This document shows, piece by piece, positions 9,295-18,507 of a stretch of DNA of 29,927 bases. The stretch spans positions 1 through 29,927 of IMG/VR virus record IMGVR_UViG_3300020568_000017. One strand, written 5' to 3'. The notes beneath the pieces are model-generated. The model made no database searches and was not told the DNA's origin. It worked only from the letters and a program-made list of their open reading frames with translations. Made by a program: the position numbers and the translations under genes. Each line of letters starts with the position of its first letter. Position 1 is the stretch's first letter. The stretch is from a virus (lineage: Duplodnaviria; Caudoviricetes).

Positions 9295-9617
9295 CACTCC
9301 ACCCTCTCCGTGCAGAGCAACTCGTGCTCGCTGCGGTTCGCGTGTTCGAGCAGCGTCGTGACCTCCAGCACCCGACCACGCCACAGGAGCCGCATCGTCT
9401 GCACGAGCCCCGTCACGTACCGCAGCCGCACCCGGTGCGTGCCTTCGGTCTGCTGCTGCCCCAAGAGCAGCACCTCGCGAGACGAGAGCCCTTCGACGCT
9501 CGCCCAACGCTCGGCGAACGTCGCCCACTCCAGCGTGGTCTCGCCGAGCGAGTTGCGTCGCTCGGTCGCCTGCTGGATCGTCACCCGCTCGCGGAGTTTG
9601 CCAGGGTCAAGTGCCAT
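9294..9617 (-). CDS. Head closure protein (SPP1 gp16-like)
   Basis: MALDPGKLRERVTIQ...WASVEGLSSRE...THRVRLRY. Confidence 0.85.
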   Translation of the reverse strand: MALDPGKLRERVTIQQATERRNSLGETTLEWATFAERWASVEGLSSREVLLLGQQQTEGTHRVRLRYVTGLVQTMRLLWRGRVLEVTTLLEHANRSEHELLCTERVE

Positions 9618-10023
9618 ACAGCACCAGCGTGTAGGAGGCGGTGCCGGCGGAATACTGTGGGGCGATATTAAAGTTTTGCTGAGCCGATGGCTCGCAATCG
9701 CAAACACTTACCCGGCCGATCGATCTTGCGACTTGCGATTGCGTATCGGTTTCCTCTACCAAGCAGTTTCCGCTCGAAAGGAACACAACTCTTTCCACGC
9801 TACTAAACGACACCAAGTTTCCGCTGGCGTCTTTGTACGCACTGGGCTGAATAGAGATCGCGACCGCTGCCGTCCCTACCGTCCCCGTCACAATCGCAAC
9901 CTTGCCCGTCGTGTACTCGGTCGCATCCCGCAGCACGAGCGTCTTCAGCGACTGTGCCCCGCTCACGGTCGTGGCGTCAGTGAACGCCACATCGACCGAG
10001 ATCGTTCCGCGAACGCTGCTCAT
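9607..10023 (-). CDS. Hypothetical virion protein inserted between adaptor and closure genes
   Basis: 138 aa beta-rich, translationally coupled (ATGA) to the adaptor gene. Confidence 0.6.
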   Translation of the reverse strand: MSSVRGTISVDVAFTDATTVSGAQSLKTLVLRDATEYTTGKVAIVTGTVGTAAVAISIQPSAYKDASGNLVSFSSVERVVFLSSGNCLVEETDTQSQVARSIGRVSVCDCEPSAQQNFNIAPQYSAGTASYTLVLYGT

Positions 10024-10616
10024 CGGTAGCTCCCCCACTTCGCCGAATCAAGCAACGCCTTCACGCCGAACGGAATCTCCGACAGGCTCACCGCGTCAGC
10101 CGCCATGCGACGCTCGTACCACATGCCCACGAGCCAGAGGATCGCGTTCTTCACCCGCTGCGGCACGCTCGCCCCGGTGCCGTCACGCCCGGCGTGCCAC
10201 GTCACCGCAACCGCGTTGTAGTCCAGCAGATGCGAGGGCCAGGAGCCGTTGTAGTTCGTGCGGAGCACACCCGGCACGCTGTCACGATCGACCCGGTACT
10301 CGGCAGTCGAGAGCGTCGCGGTGCTCTGGTTCTCCAGCGTGTAGGTGATGCTGACCGCCGTCACCGTGCCGCTGGTCGCCATCGGCGGGCGGGGCAACTC
10401 GATCTCCACGGGGAACGAGTCGAGGGTCATCCGGTACTGCGTATGAACGAACGTCTCGTCACAGTACGCCTCGCACCACTCGCGAGCCGCCTTGAGGTAG
10501 GCAGCGATCAGAGCATCGTCGGTGTCGGTATCGACCCGGCAATGTGCCTTCGCTTCCGCGAGCGTGACCGGCTCAACCGCCGGTTGCGTCAGAGTCTTGA
10601 GACTGCGGTATCGCAT
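10020..10616 (-). CDS. Head-tail adaptor (HK97 gp6/phiE125 gp8-like)
   Basis: EPVTLAEAKAHCRVD...DDALI...AAREWCE; KNAILWLVGMWYERR. Confidence 0.9.
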   Translation of the reverse strand: MRYRSLKTLTQPAVEPVTLAEAKAHCRVDTDTDDALIAAYLKAAREWCEAYCDETFVHTQYRMTLDSFPVEIELPRPPMATSGTVTAVSITYTLENQSTATLSTAEYRVDRDSVPGVLRTNYNGSWPSHLLDYNAVAVTWHAGRDGTGASVPQRVKNAILWLVGMWYERRMAADAVSLSEIPFGVKALLDSAKWGSYR

Positions 10617-10812
10617 TCGGTTTCCTGCCGCGTCGCGGTCGTGCGTCAGCCCGCTCGACCTCGGGCTCGGCCGTCGCCGTCTCGATCAAATCCATCTGCG
10701 GCTCCCGCACGGCGATGCCGTCGCGAATGAGCCGCTCCGCTGTGTCGCCCTCGCAATCGACCACCCGGCCGACGGTGTAGGTCGAGTAGTTCTGCGTCAG
10801 TCTTATTTTCAT
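10573..10812 (-). CDS. Small head-cluster hypothetical protein (MKIRLTQNY...AERLIRDGIAV)
   Basis: ATGA coupling to the glycosyltransferase; typical small gene before the adaptor. Confidence 0.65.
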   Translation of the reverse strand: MKIRLTQNYSTYTVGRVVDCEGDTAERLIRDGIAVREPQMDLIETATAEPEVERADARPRRGRKPNAIPQSQDSDATGG

Positions 10813-11543
10813 GATCCGGGGGCACTCCATGCAGTTTTGGGCTTACCGTTCGCGGTGTAGTCGCCGACGTATTGAAACACGGGCTTCTGGAGATCCTTGC
10901 CCGGCCAGACCGAGACCCACTCGCCGTGACCGATCGCGATCCGGGGGGAGATGTAGACGCGGTTCCCGCCGGCTCGGAACTGTTTCCAAAAGTGAATGTC
11001 GGCGTCAGTTCTTCCCGATTCGTAGTCCCCGTCAGCATTCGGGATGTCTTGGAACCAAGGCTTCGGCGTTCGCTTCAACGCCTTGGTCGAAATCAGCGTG
11101 CAGCCGAAGTGAGCACTATCGACTTCCTGCACAGGCTCGGCGAACCAGCTCATCGGCAGTTCGGTAGACCCGCCCTCGGGCGGCTTGTCGAGCGTGCCGG
11201 GCAACGTGAACATCGGGCGACCGTCCTCCCGTTTCACTTGCAGCGGGGCGAGGGCGTCGCACTGAAAAGCCATCGCGATCGCGACCAGTTCCTCGACCGT
11301 CTTCTTGTCCCAAAACGAATCCATGTCGGTGCAAAGGATGTACTCGGTTTGGTCAACGAACTGGGAGAGGCACCGGGACAACACCTGACCCCACAGAGCA
11401 CCCTGCCCGAGCGTCGGGCGGATGCCGAGTGGCATGAGGGCTTGAGCCCAGCCGAAGACATTCGAGAGCGGGCCGAATCGCGGGCCACTCATCACGCACT
11501 CGATCCGAACATCGACATCCGTACCGCCGACCTTGACGATCAT
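10809..11543 (-). CDS. GT-A fold glycosyltransferase (GT2-like)
   Basis: YILCTDMDS (DxD), VDSAHFGCTLI, DADIHFW, IGHGE. Confidence 0.75.
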   Translation of the reverse strand: MIVKVGGTDVDVRIECVMSGPRFGPLSNVFGWAQALMPLGIRPTLGQGALWGQVLSRCLSQFVDQTEYILCTDMDSFWDKKTVEELVAIAMAFQCDALAPLQVKREDGRPMFTLPGTLDKPPEGGSTELPMSWFAEPVQEVDSAHFGCTLISTKALKRTPKPWFQDIPNADGDYESGRTDADIHFWKQFRAGGNRVYISPRIAIGHGEWVSVWPGKDLQKPVFQYVGDYTANGKPKTAWSAPGS

Positions 11544-11559
11544 GAAGCCCTCAAACAGA

Positions 11560-11593
11560 GATGGCGGGCACGGCTCATGCCGCACCCGCCATC
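11560..11593 (-). terminator. Stem-loop after capsid/decoration genes (possible partial terminator or mRNA stabiliser)
   Basis: GATGGCGGG/CCCGCCATC 9-bp arms enclosing CGGC-TCAT-GCCG; only a weak U-tract on the minus strand. Confidence 0.45.
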
Positions 11594-11617
11594 CACTGTG
11601 TCGAGGCTGTCAAGCGA

Positions 11618-12046
11618 TCAGCCGCTGTACTTCGCGAGCACGCCCTTGGCGGAAGCCGACTCGGGGCCGATCTCGCCCTTGCCGAGCCGAGCCACGATCG
11701 TGGTGGCAAGGCTGGTCGCGGGGGTAGCGTCGACCTTCACGTAGCGGCCCTTTCCACGCAGATCGACATCGAGCCGAACCACGCTGGGCTGGTTCGTCAC
11801 GGCCACGCTCGCGGCAGGGGCGGCCACGGTGTAGACCGAGGCACCCGCCGTGTTCGTGTCGCCCTGCGAGAGCGTCAGGACATTGAGGATCGACGCGGCA
11901 GTGTTCGCCGGGGTCGTGCTGACAGCCACCGCAACGTCGATCGACACGTAGTCGTAGCCGAGGCGGTCGATGGTCAGGGTCGCCGTTCCGGCGGCCGAGG
12001 TCACGGTGGAACCCACGACCGTCTTGGATGCTTCGAGGTAGTTCAC
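11618..12046 (-). CDS. Putative capsid decoration protein
   Basis: 142 aa Ala/Thr/Val-rich gene directly after the major capsid, with a KGRYVKV motif; TAGGAG SD. Confidence 0.65.
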   Translation of the reverse strand: MNYLEASKTVVGSTVTSAAGTATLTIDRLGYDYVSIDVAVAVSTTPANTAASILNVLTLSQGDTNTAGASVYTVAAPAASVAVTNQPSVVRLDVDLRGKGRYVKVDATPATSLATTIVARLGKGEIGPESASAKGVLAKYSG

Positions 12047-12076
12047 GGATCAGAGTCTCCTAGAGGGTCAGAGGGT

Positions 12077-13450
12077 TCACGAGGCGAACTTGAGAGCGAC
12101 GAGCGGGCCAGCCTTGCTGGTGTCGCCCAGGTCGTGGGCGACCATCGCCACACGCGCTGTGGCAAAGGTCAAAAGCTGGTCAAACTCCACGAAGCGAGAC
12201 GCGTCGGTCTTGACGCTGATCTCCCGCCGGGTGCCCATCGTGCAAGCCTGCGAGAGGTCGCCGAACAGGCAAGCGATCTGATTCGCGGTGCCGGTCAGGC
12301 GGCTCTCCAGGGGATGCACGAGCACCACCGGGAAGCCCAGGAAGGACAGGTTCGCACCGCCAGCCACGTCGGCCTGATTGTTGCCGCTCGCAGCCATCAT
12401 GAGCCGCAGCATCGAGGAGCCGTAGCCGGCGGGGCTGATGTACCACTTGGCATTCCGCCGAGCGTACAGGGGCAGCCGGGCGACCACGTTCGTGTAGTCC
12501 GAGAGGTCGAGACCGCTCGTGCCACCGCCGAAGGTGTTGTTGCCGGTGTCAGCCGTCACCACGCTCGCCGAGTGCGTGCCGTCGTTGATCGCGACCGCGA
12601 CGCCCACGGTGCCGTGGTAGAGCGAGCCGTTGCCGGTTCCGATGAACCCGGAGTTGTCGAAGGCTTCGGCGTAAGCCTGGGCCACCTCGACCGCCATCGC
12701 ATCGGCGAGATTGATAACCGAGTCCTCGATCAGCGACATCGGCACGCGGTTGTCCACGCCCCAGATCTTCGCGACGAGTTGCACGTTGTCGAAGGTCACG
12801 TCGCTCGTGGTCGGAGCGGCGTTCTCACCGATCGGGCGAGCCGACAGACCGCCGGTGCGACGGGCGATCAACAGCGTGTCGCTGTTCATCGTCACGTTGC
12901 GGGCGTTCGCCGGATAGGCACCGAACTCCTCGACGAGCCGGATGATCTCGGTCGAGAGTTCGTCATTGGTCAGCACGCCGCCAAGCGAGTTGATCCCGCC
13001 CGCCTGGGCACGGAAGTTGACGCCGTGATCGTGGCACCACCGCCGGGCTTCGTCATCGTTGAACAAGCTCGCCTTGGCAGCCATGCCAGCACGGTAGGCA
13101 CGCTCTTCGCTCTTAAAACCGCGAAGGGGACGGCTCGACTTCGGGATCGCGAACACGGGGGCCTTGCGACTCTCCACGGCAGTCTCCTCAACGGTGGCTT
13201 CGATCTTCTTGGCGGGAGCGGCACGCTCCAGAACGCTGCGGAGCTCAAGCTCCTTGGCCTGCACGCGGGTCAGGAACTCGATCCGCTCCTTCAACTTGTC
13301 GGCCCGAACTTCGAGCGACCGGAGCGACGCCTCTTGCTCTTCGGTCATCGGCTCGGCGGGAGCCTCACCCTCGGGGGCGTCCTCGGTCATCGCCTCCATC
13401 TCGGCGACAACGCCAGCCAACTCTTCGAGCAATGCCTTGATCTTGTCCAC
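12077..13450 (-). CDS. Major capsid protein, HK97 fold, with N-terminal delta/scaffold domain
   Basis: N-terminal coiled coil; GGVLTNDELSTEII, FIGTG, FLGFPV, LFGDLS motifs. Confidence 0.93.
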   Translation of the reverse strand: MDKIKALLEELAGVVAEMEAMTEDAPEGEAPAEPMTEEQEASLRSLEVRADKLKERIEFLTRVQAKELELRSVLERAAPAKKIEATVEETAVESRKAPVFAIPKSSRPLRGFKSEERAYRAGMAAKASLFNDDEARRWCHDHGVNFRAQAGGINSLGGVLTNDELSTEIIRLVEEFGAYPANARNVTMNSDTLLIARRTGGLSARPIGENAAPTTSDVTFDNVQLVAKIWGVDNRVPMSLIEDSVINLADAMAVEVAQAYAEAFDNSGFIGTGNGSLYHGTVGVAVAINDGTHSASVVTADTGNNTFGGGTSGLDLSDYTNVVARLPLYARRNAKWYISPAGYGSSMLRLMMAASGNNQADVAGGANLSFLGFPVVLVHPLESRLTGTANQIACLFGDLSQACTMGTRREISVKTDASRFVEFDQLLTFATARVAMVAHDLGDTSKAGPLVALKFAS

Positions 13451-13535
13451 GAGGGAGGCTCCTGTAGTCGGGTTCGTGGCGACGCAATCGCATCGCCTAC
13501 CCCGAAACTAGGAGTCACGCCCCGAAACCATTCAG

Positions 13536-13718
13536 TTAGGCACGCTCGGCAGTAAAAGACTTTCGCCGCACTTCACTTCCCGGCACGATCTGCTTGTCGG
13601 TGCATCCGCACCGCTGGCACCGCAGATAGCGAGTCTGGTACTCGCCGCTGCGAACACTCGACGCGACGGCGTACTTGCCATCGCGGCACCGGGGGCACGA
13701 ATCACCACTAGCGGCCAT
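13536..13718 (-). CDS. Small zinc-ribbon protein (Ogr/Delta-like)
   Basis: CPRC...SSVR...QTRYLRCQRCG. Confidence 0.65.
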   Translation of the reverse strand: MAASGDSCPRCRDGKYAVASSVRSGEYQTRYLRCQRCGCTDKQIVPGSEVRRKSFTAERA

Positions 13719-14718
13719 GCTGCCTCAGATACTCGCGGATCTCGGCAGCACGCGACCGGGCGAGCGAACGCTTCGCCACCTCGATCTCCTGCTGCTGCCG
13801 GTACTGGTCGAATGACCGCTGGGCGACCTTCACGTCGGCGTCGGGGTACGCAGGGAACGTGACCGGCCCGACATCGAGCAGCGTGTCGATCTTCTGGATC
13901 GTCCGCACGCTGCGACCATCCTCAACCGCCCACGAGTCGCCGCCGCTCGGCACCGTGAACGAGAACGACGAGCCCTTGACGATGCCCGCTCGGATGTTGC
14001 TCGCGATGTCTCGCCCGTAGGACGTGTCGGGCACGGGGAACTCGTACCGCAGCCCGACCTCATCCACGGTCATCCGCAGCGTGCCGGGATAGCGAGCGAG
14101 GGGGTAGTTCGGGTCGTGGTTCCACAGGGCTCGCGTCTCCAGCGGCTTCCGCCGGCCGCGACGCTCGGCGACCAGCCCGAAGGCACCGGGGTCGATCCGC
14201 TCCACGAAGTCGCCCAGGTCGAGGGACAGCACGCCAAACTTCGCGGCGTATCCCACGACCCACTCACGCTCGGCACCGTCCTCGCTGCGGCTCTCGACCG
14301 CGAGCAGCGGCACTGCCGACTCGATCTCGTCAATCGCCAAGGAACGCCGTTCGATGTTGCCCATGATGCTCCTTCCTTCCTCGTCAGCCGCTTCGATCTG
14401 CTTGGTCAGTTTGCTCGCCCACGCTTGCCCCGGATCGCCGCCCCACAACGCGTGAGCGATGCGCCCGTTACTCGGGAAGCCGTCCTCGCCGGGGCTCCAT
14501 CCTTCCGCCTGCCTGTTGCCTTGATGCCGGTCGAAGAACGCTTTCATCCGCTTCGCCGTGTCGGGCGAGATGTTCGTTCCGTTCGATAGGTCTCGTGCTC
14601 GGGCAACGCCGACTGCCGTGCCGCCTCGGCCGTACTCGTCTCGCCACGCGAGCCCTTTCGCTGCTTCCTCCCGCACGCCGCTCGGCGGGCTGAAGTCGAT
14701 GTGGTCATACTTAGCCAC
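13708..14718 (-). CDS. HK97-type prohead protease (S78) with an N-terminal extra domain
   Basis: GYAAKF, FVERIDPGAF, ALWNHD (His), GSSFSF (Ser), DVGPVTFPAY; GTG start with GGAGG SD. Confidence 0.9.
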   Translation of the reverse strand: MAKYDHIDFSPPSGVREEAAKGLAWRDEYGRGGTAVGVARARDLSNGTNISPDTAKRMKAFFDRHQGNRQAEGWSPGEDGFPSNGRIAHALWGGDPGQAWASKLTKQIEAADEEGRSIMGNIERRSLAIDEIESAVPLLAVESRSEDGAEREWVVGYAAKFGVLSLDLGDFVERIDPGAFGLVAERRGRRKPLETRALWNHDPNYPLARYPGTLRMTVDEVGLRYEFPVPDTSYGRDIASNIRAGIVKGSSFSFTVPSGGDSWAVEDGRSVRTIQKIDTLLDVGPVTFPAYPDADVKVAQRSFDQYRQQQEIEVAKRSLARSRAAEIREYLRQHGR

Positions 14719-16876
14719 CCTTCCGCCTCCGAGGCTTCCGCTTCGGCTTGCCGTAGGCGTTCTCCTCAACCGGCGGCGGCTCGGGGAGCGGGTCGATCTT
14801 CGTGAGCGTCGCGACCTTGTGCCCGACTTGCGTCTCGGTCGGTCGCCATCCGCCGCTCACTTCTTCGTAGACCGTGATGAGGGCGGCCGGGTCTTCCTCG
14901 GTCGCGTCGATCTTGAAGTCGGTGCCGGGGATGTCCAGCGTGCCGTAGTCCATCACATGGTCGATCCGCCCGCGAGCACGACCGCCCGACGAATCCCACG
15001 AAACGAAGTCGCCCTCCGCGACGCTGCCGGGGGCGGCACGCGACTCAGCGGCCCGCACGAACTGCGGTGAATCGTCCACCCATACATCGACCTCGATGCC
15101 CGCCTCGCGGGCGGCTTCGTCCTTCAGCCGGTCGCCCACAAGCAGCACGGCATCGAACGCCTCGCGGTAGTCGCCCAGCGTCTCGGCGATCTCGTCTTGA
15201 TTCTCGGGCGTGTCGCGACGGCGGGAGACCATCACGACCCGATTGCCGGCGGCGGCAGACTGCCGGGCGAACTCGCCCCACAACTGCGGGTCAGCGGCGA
15301 ACGTCCGGTCGAAGTCCACCGAGATCGTCATCGCCCGGCTCGCGGGCAGAGAGGCGGCGAGGGGCTCGGGGGCCGGAGCTTCGCCCGGCATCGCGACCGG
15401 GGCGGTGCTGGTGCCCGCGATGATCGCGTCGATTGTCGATGCCGGGATGCCGGGGAACGCAGCGGCGATGATCGCCTTCGCGCCCTGCTCGTTGAGGAGC
15501 CCGGCGTTGTATTGGGCGACGATCTCCAAAAGGCTGGAGACTTGCGCCCCGTTGAGCGAAACGTCGGCGATCTGCGGCCCCTCTTCCGCCTCGACCGGGG
15601 CGGCGTCCGCGACCGGCTCGGGAGCCGGGGCGGTCTCGTCCACCACGATCTCTTCGACCACGGTCGCGGGCATCGGCTCGGGGGTCGCTGCCGCCTTGTC
15701 GAGCGTGGTCATGTTCAGTTGCACGAACCTGACATCGCCGCTTTCGACCGGGTTCAAGTTCTCTAGTGAGCGGATCTCGTTCACGCTCAACACGCCAAGA
15801 TTCCAGAGCGTGTTGTAGTACGATCCCCGCCCGGCAGCGTCAGCCCGCAGCACGCCGCGAGTGTCGAACTCCGCGAAGTATTCGTCATCGCCTTCCAAGA
15901 GATCGCGAGCGATCGAAGACTCGATGCGACGCAGATACGGCATCAGCCCGTTCGTCAGGAAGTCGAGCGATTGCTGCTCAATATTCGAGAAAGAACTTCT
16001 GGTCAAATCGCCTACGAGGTGTGGGGGAACGCCAAAGAGCCGGCACACTTCCTCGACTTGGAACCGGCGAGCCTCAAGGAACTGGCTCTCTTGGTTGTTT
16101 CCGCCGAGTTCGTTGACCTTCAGCCCGCCCTGGAGCACCGCCGTTCGGTTGCTGCGATCCGCCCCACGGTGAGCCCGCTCCCACTGGTTCCTCGTGTTTT
16201 CGGCCGCCTCGGGCGAAAGTTCGTTATCGGTCGAGAGGATCACGCCCGGCCGGGCACCGTTGCCGAAGAACGTCGCCCCGTGGATCTCGCACGCCCGAGC
16301 CAGCCCGATCGCGTCGCGGGCGAGCTCGATCGTGCTCATCCCGTTCACGCCGTCATCCGACATGCCACGCACCGACATCACCGCATCCTGCGTGTAGACC
16401 GTCGAAGATCCCGACGCCTCGCGGTACGTGTACCGGAGCCGGTTGTTCTCCAACTGCTCGGTCTTCACCCGGCTCGGATGCAGCGGCACGATCTCGCTGA
16501 TCGCCCCGCCCGTGTAGACCTTCTCATCAAGGGCGAGCCCGTGCGAGAGCAAGTGCAGCATCATCTGCTCGCGCCACTCGAACGAGGTCTGCCACGAGTT
16601 CGGCTGCGTGTGCAAGAGCCGGTAGAGCGGATGCTCGCGGGCGATTTCCTTCCCGCCACCCGGCAGCCGGCGGTAGAGATGAAACGGCAGCCCGGCGACG
16701 CTGGTCGAGAGCACGCGGATGCACGCGAGCACCACGGTCGAGCGGAGTGCCGTCTCGGCGTCCACCTTCACGCCGCTCGGATTGCGGTTGCTCGAAGCCC
16801 AACCGCCAGACTCGTAATCCCAGTTGCGGGAGTCTTCGCCGGGGAGCCACAAAATGCGGTGAGCGTTGGCGATCAT
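14711..16876 (-). CDS. HK97-family portal protein with C-terminal HAD-like and Tudor-like domains
   Basis: HPLYRLLHTQPN, FFGNGARPGVIL, FGVPPHLVG, SNIEQQ, VNEIRSLENL in the first ~390 aa; extension to 721 aa. Confidence 0.92.
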   Translation of the reverse strand: MIANAHRILWLPGEDSRNWDYESGGWASSNRNPSGVKVDAETALRSTVVLACIRVLSTSVAGLPFHLYRRLPGGGKEIAREHPLYRLLHTQPNSWQTSFEWREQMMLHLLSHGLALDEKVYTGGAISEIVPLHPSRVKTEQLENNRLRYTYREASGSSTVYTQDAVMSVRGMSDDGVNGMSTIELARDAIGLARACEIHGATFFGNGARPGVILSTDNELSPEAAENTRNQWERAHRGADRSNRTAVLQGGLKVNELGGNNQESQFLEARRFQVEEVCRLFGVPPHLVGDLTRSSFSNIEQQSLDFLTNGLMPYLRRIESSIARDLLEGDDEYFAEFDTRGVLRADAAGRGSYYNTLWNLGVLSVNEIRSLENLNPVESGDVRFVQLNMTTLDKAAATPEPMPATVVEEIVVDETAPAPEPVADAAPVEAEEGPQIADVSLNGAQVSSLLEIVAQYNAGLLNEQGAKAIIAAAFPGIPASTIDAIIAGTSTAPVAMPGEAPAPEPLAASLPASRAMTISVDFDRTFAADPQLWGEFARQSAAAGNRVVMVSRRRDTPENQDEIAETLGDYREAFDAVLLVGDRLKDEAAREAGIEVDVWVDDSPQFVRAAESRAAPGSVAEGDFVSWDSSGGRARGRIDHVMDYGTLDIPGTDFKIDATEEDPAALITVYEEVSGGWRPTETQVGHKVATLTKIDPLPEPPPVEENAYGKPKRKPRRRKGG

Positions 16877-18507
16877 AGGATGAGGATGGAGGGTTCGACC
16901 GAGGGCTTGTTGGTGATCTTCGATGACTCCCAGCCACCCAGGGCGAAGATCAGAGCCACGATGCCGTCGATGCGACCCGTGCTCTTCTTCTTCACCGGCC
17001 GAACGTCCTCAAACGAGTTCGTCTCCACCGTCACATTCGCCGACATCCACGAGAGCACTGGGTTGCCGCCGTGGCGTATCCGGTTCTGAAGCACGAGCGA
17101 TTCGAGCCTCTTAGTGCCCGAGCTCATGCCTCGGAAGCCTTGTGACCATCCTGCCACTTTCAGCCCCGCCCCTTGCAGTTCCACCGCCAACTGCACCGCC
17201 CCGGTCAAGTCCATGTAGATGTGCTCGATCTCGTGCGTCTTCGCATACTCCAGCACATACTCGCGGATCTTCGAGTGGTCGATCACGTTCCCGTCGGTCG
17301 CCGTGATGTACCCCGAGTTCACCCAATGCTGGAACGGCTGGCGGTCGGTTCGCTCCCGCTCCATGATGAGATCGCGGGGAGCCCAGAACATCGCATCGAC
17401 CTCGAACTCGTCGCCCCCGCACGGGTAGAGAGCGACCATCGCGGAGAGGTCGGTGCTCTTCGAGAGATCCATCCCGAGGATGCACTTCCTCCCGGCGAAG
17501 GGCGAAGTCGGCCCGCCCGAGCACGCGGCCCACTTCTCGGGATCGAGCCAGCGGTTGGTGCTTTCTGTCCAGACCCCGAGCGAGTAGCGGAGCCACCCGT
17601 TCAGCTTGGTCGCTTTGTTCTTCGCCTCGCGGGCATCCGCCGCGAACGATTCCTCGGTCATGGTGACGCCCATGCCGGGATTCACACGCCGCCACACCGC
17701 CGGGTCGAAGTAGTCCTCCGAGCCGTCAGTCTTCGCCCCGAAAATCTTGCCGTAGAAGCGGGGATCGTAGTTCGGGTCGGCGGTTGTCAGTTCCGCGTAC
17801 TCGTGCTGCTCCCAGCAGATCGTGTCACGCCGATCGCCAGCCGTCGTGATCGTGCAGAGCAGCGGCTCCCGCCTGGAGCGTCCCGAGTACCGCAACGCCT
17901 CAAACAGCCGGCGGTCGGGCCACGCGTGAAGTTCGTCGCAGAACACGAACGAGTAGGACGGGCCTTCCGCCGCCCCGGCATCTCGCGAGATCACCCGCAG
18001 GCTCGACCCCGTGCTCATGCACACGATCGTCTTCCGCGAATCGACCACTTCGAGCGACGCCGCCAGTTCGGGCGATCGCTTCACCATCGCGGCAGTCTCG
18101 TCAAAGATGATCGCCGCCTGGTTGCGATCCTTCGCCGCGATGCACCCGAGTTCGCCCTCGCCCTCCATGAGTAGGTGCCAGATGGAAAGGCAGGATAGGA
18201 GCGTGCTCTTGGCGTTCTTCTTCGGCACTTCCAGATACGCGAGCCGATACCGCCGCAGACCGTCCTCGGTTCGCCACCCGTAGAGCGGCTCGATCACGTC
18301 TTGCTTGTGCCACTCCAGAAGCCGCATCGGCTCGCCGGCCTTGGCGGTCGGGGAGTCTTTCGTGTGGCAGCACACCGATTCCAAGAATCCGACCACCAGA
18401 TCGGCGGCGTCTTGATCGTAGGTGTAGCCCGCGACCCGCTCGGGCTCACGCCTTGCGGGCAGCCTTGAGGGCTCGGAACTTGTCGATTGCGCTTTCCGCC
18501 TTGGCAT
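16873..18507 (-). CDS. terL: Terminase large subunit
   Basis: Walker A-like VPKKNAKST, Walker B VFCDELH, ITTAG, GMDLSKSTDL, RIDGIVA. Confidence 0.95.
   Translation of the reverse strand: MPRRKAQSTSSEPSRLPARREPERVAGYTYDQDAADLVVGFLESVCCHTKDSPTAKAGEPMRLLEWHKQDVIEPLYGWRTEDGLRRYRLAYLEVPKKNAKSTLLSCLSIWHLLMEGEGELGCIAAKDRNQAAIIFDETAAMVKRSPELAASLEVVDSRKTIVCMSTGSSLRVISRDAGAAEGPSYSFVFCDELHAWPDRRLFEALRYSGRSRREPLLCTITTAGDRRDTICWEQHEYAELTTADPNYDPRFYGKIFGAKTDGSEDYFDPAVWRRVNPGMGVTMTEESFAADAREAKNKATKLNGWLRYSLGVWTESTNRWLDPEKWAACSGGPTSPFAGRKCILGMDLSKSTDLSAMVALYPCGGDEFEVDAMFWAPRDLIMERERTDRQPFQHWVNSGYITATDGNVIDHSKIREYVLEYAKTHEIEHIYMDLTGAVQLAVELQGAGLKVAGWSQGFRGMSSGTKRLESLVLQNRIRHGGNPVLSWMSANVTVETNSFEDVRPVKKKSTGRIDGIVALIFALGGWESSKITNKPSVEPSILIL

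Noticed and set aside
11561-13555. 664-aa + strand ORF and other long + strand ORFs (877-2076, 4414-5544, 15971-17089)
   Set aside because: Antisense shadows of clear minus-strand phage genes in high-GC DNA; no recognisable motifs
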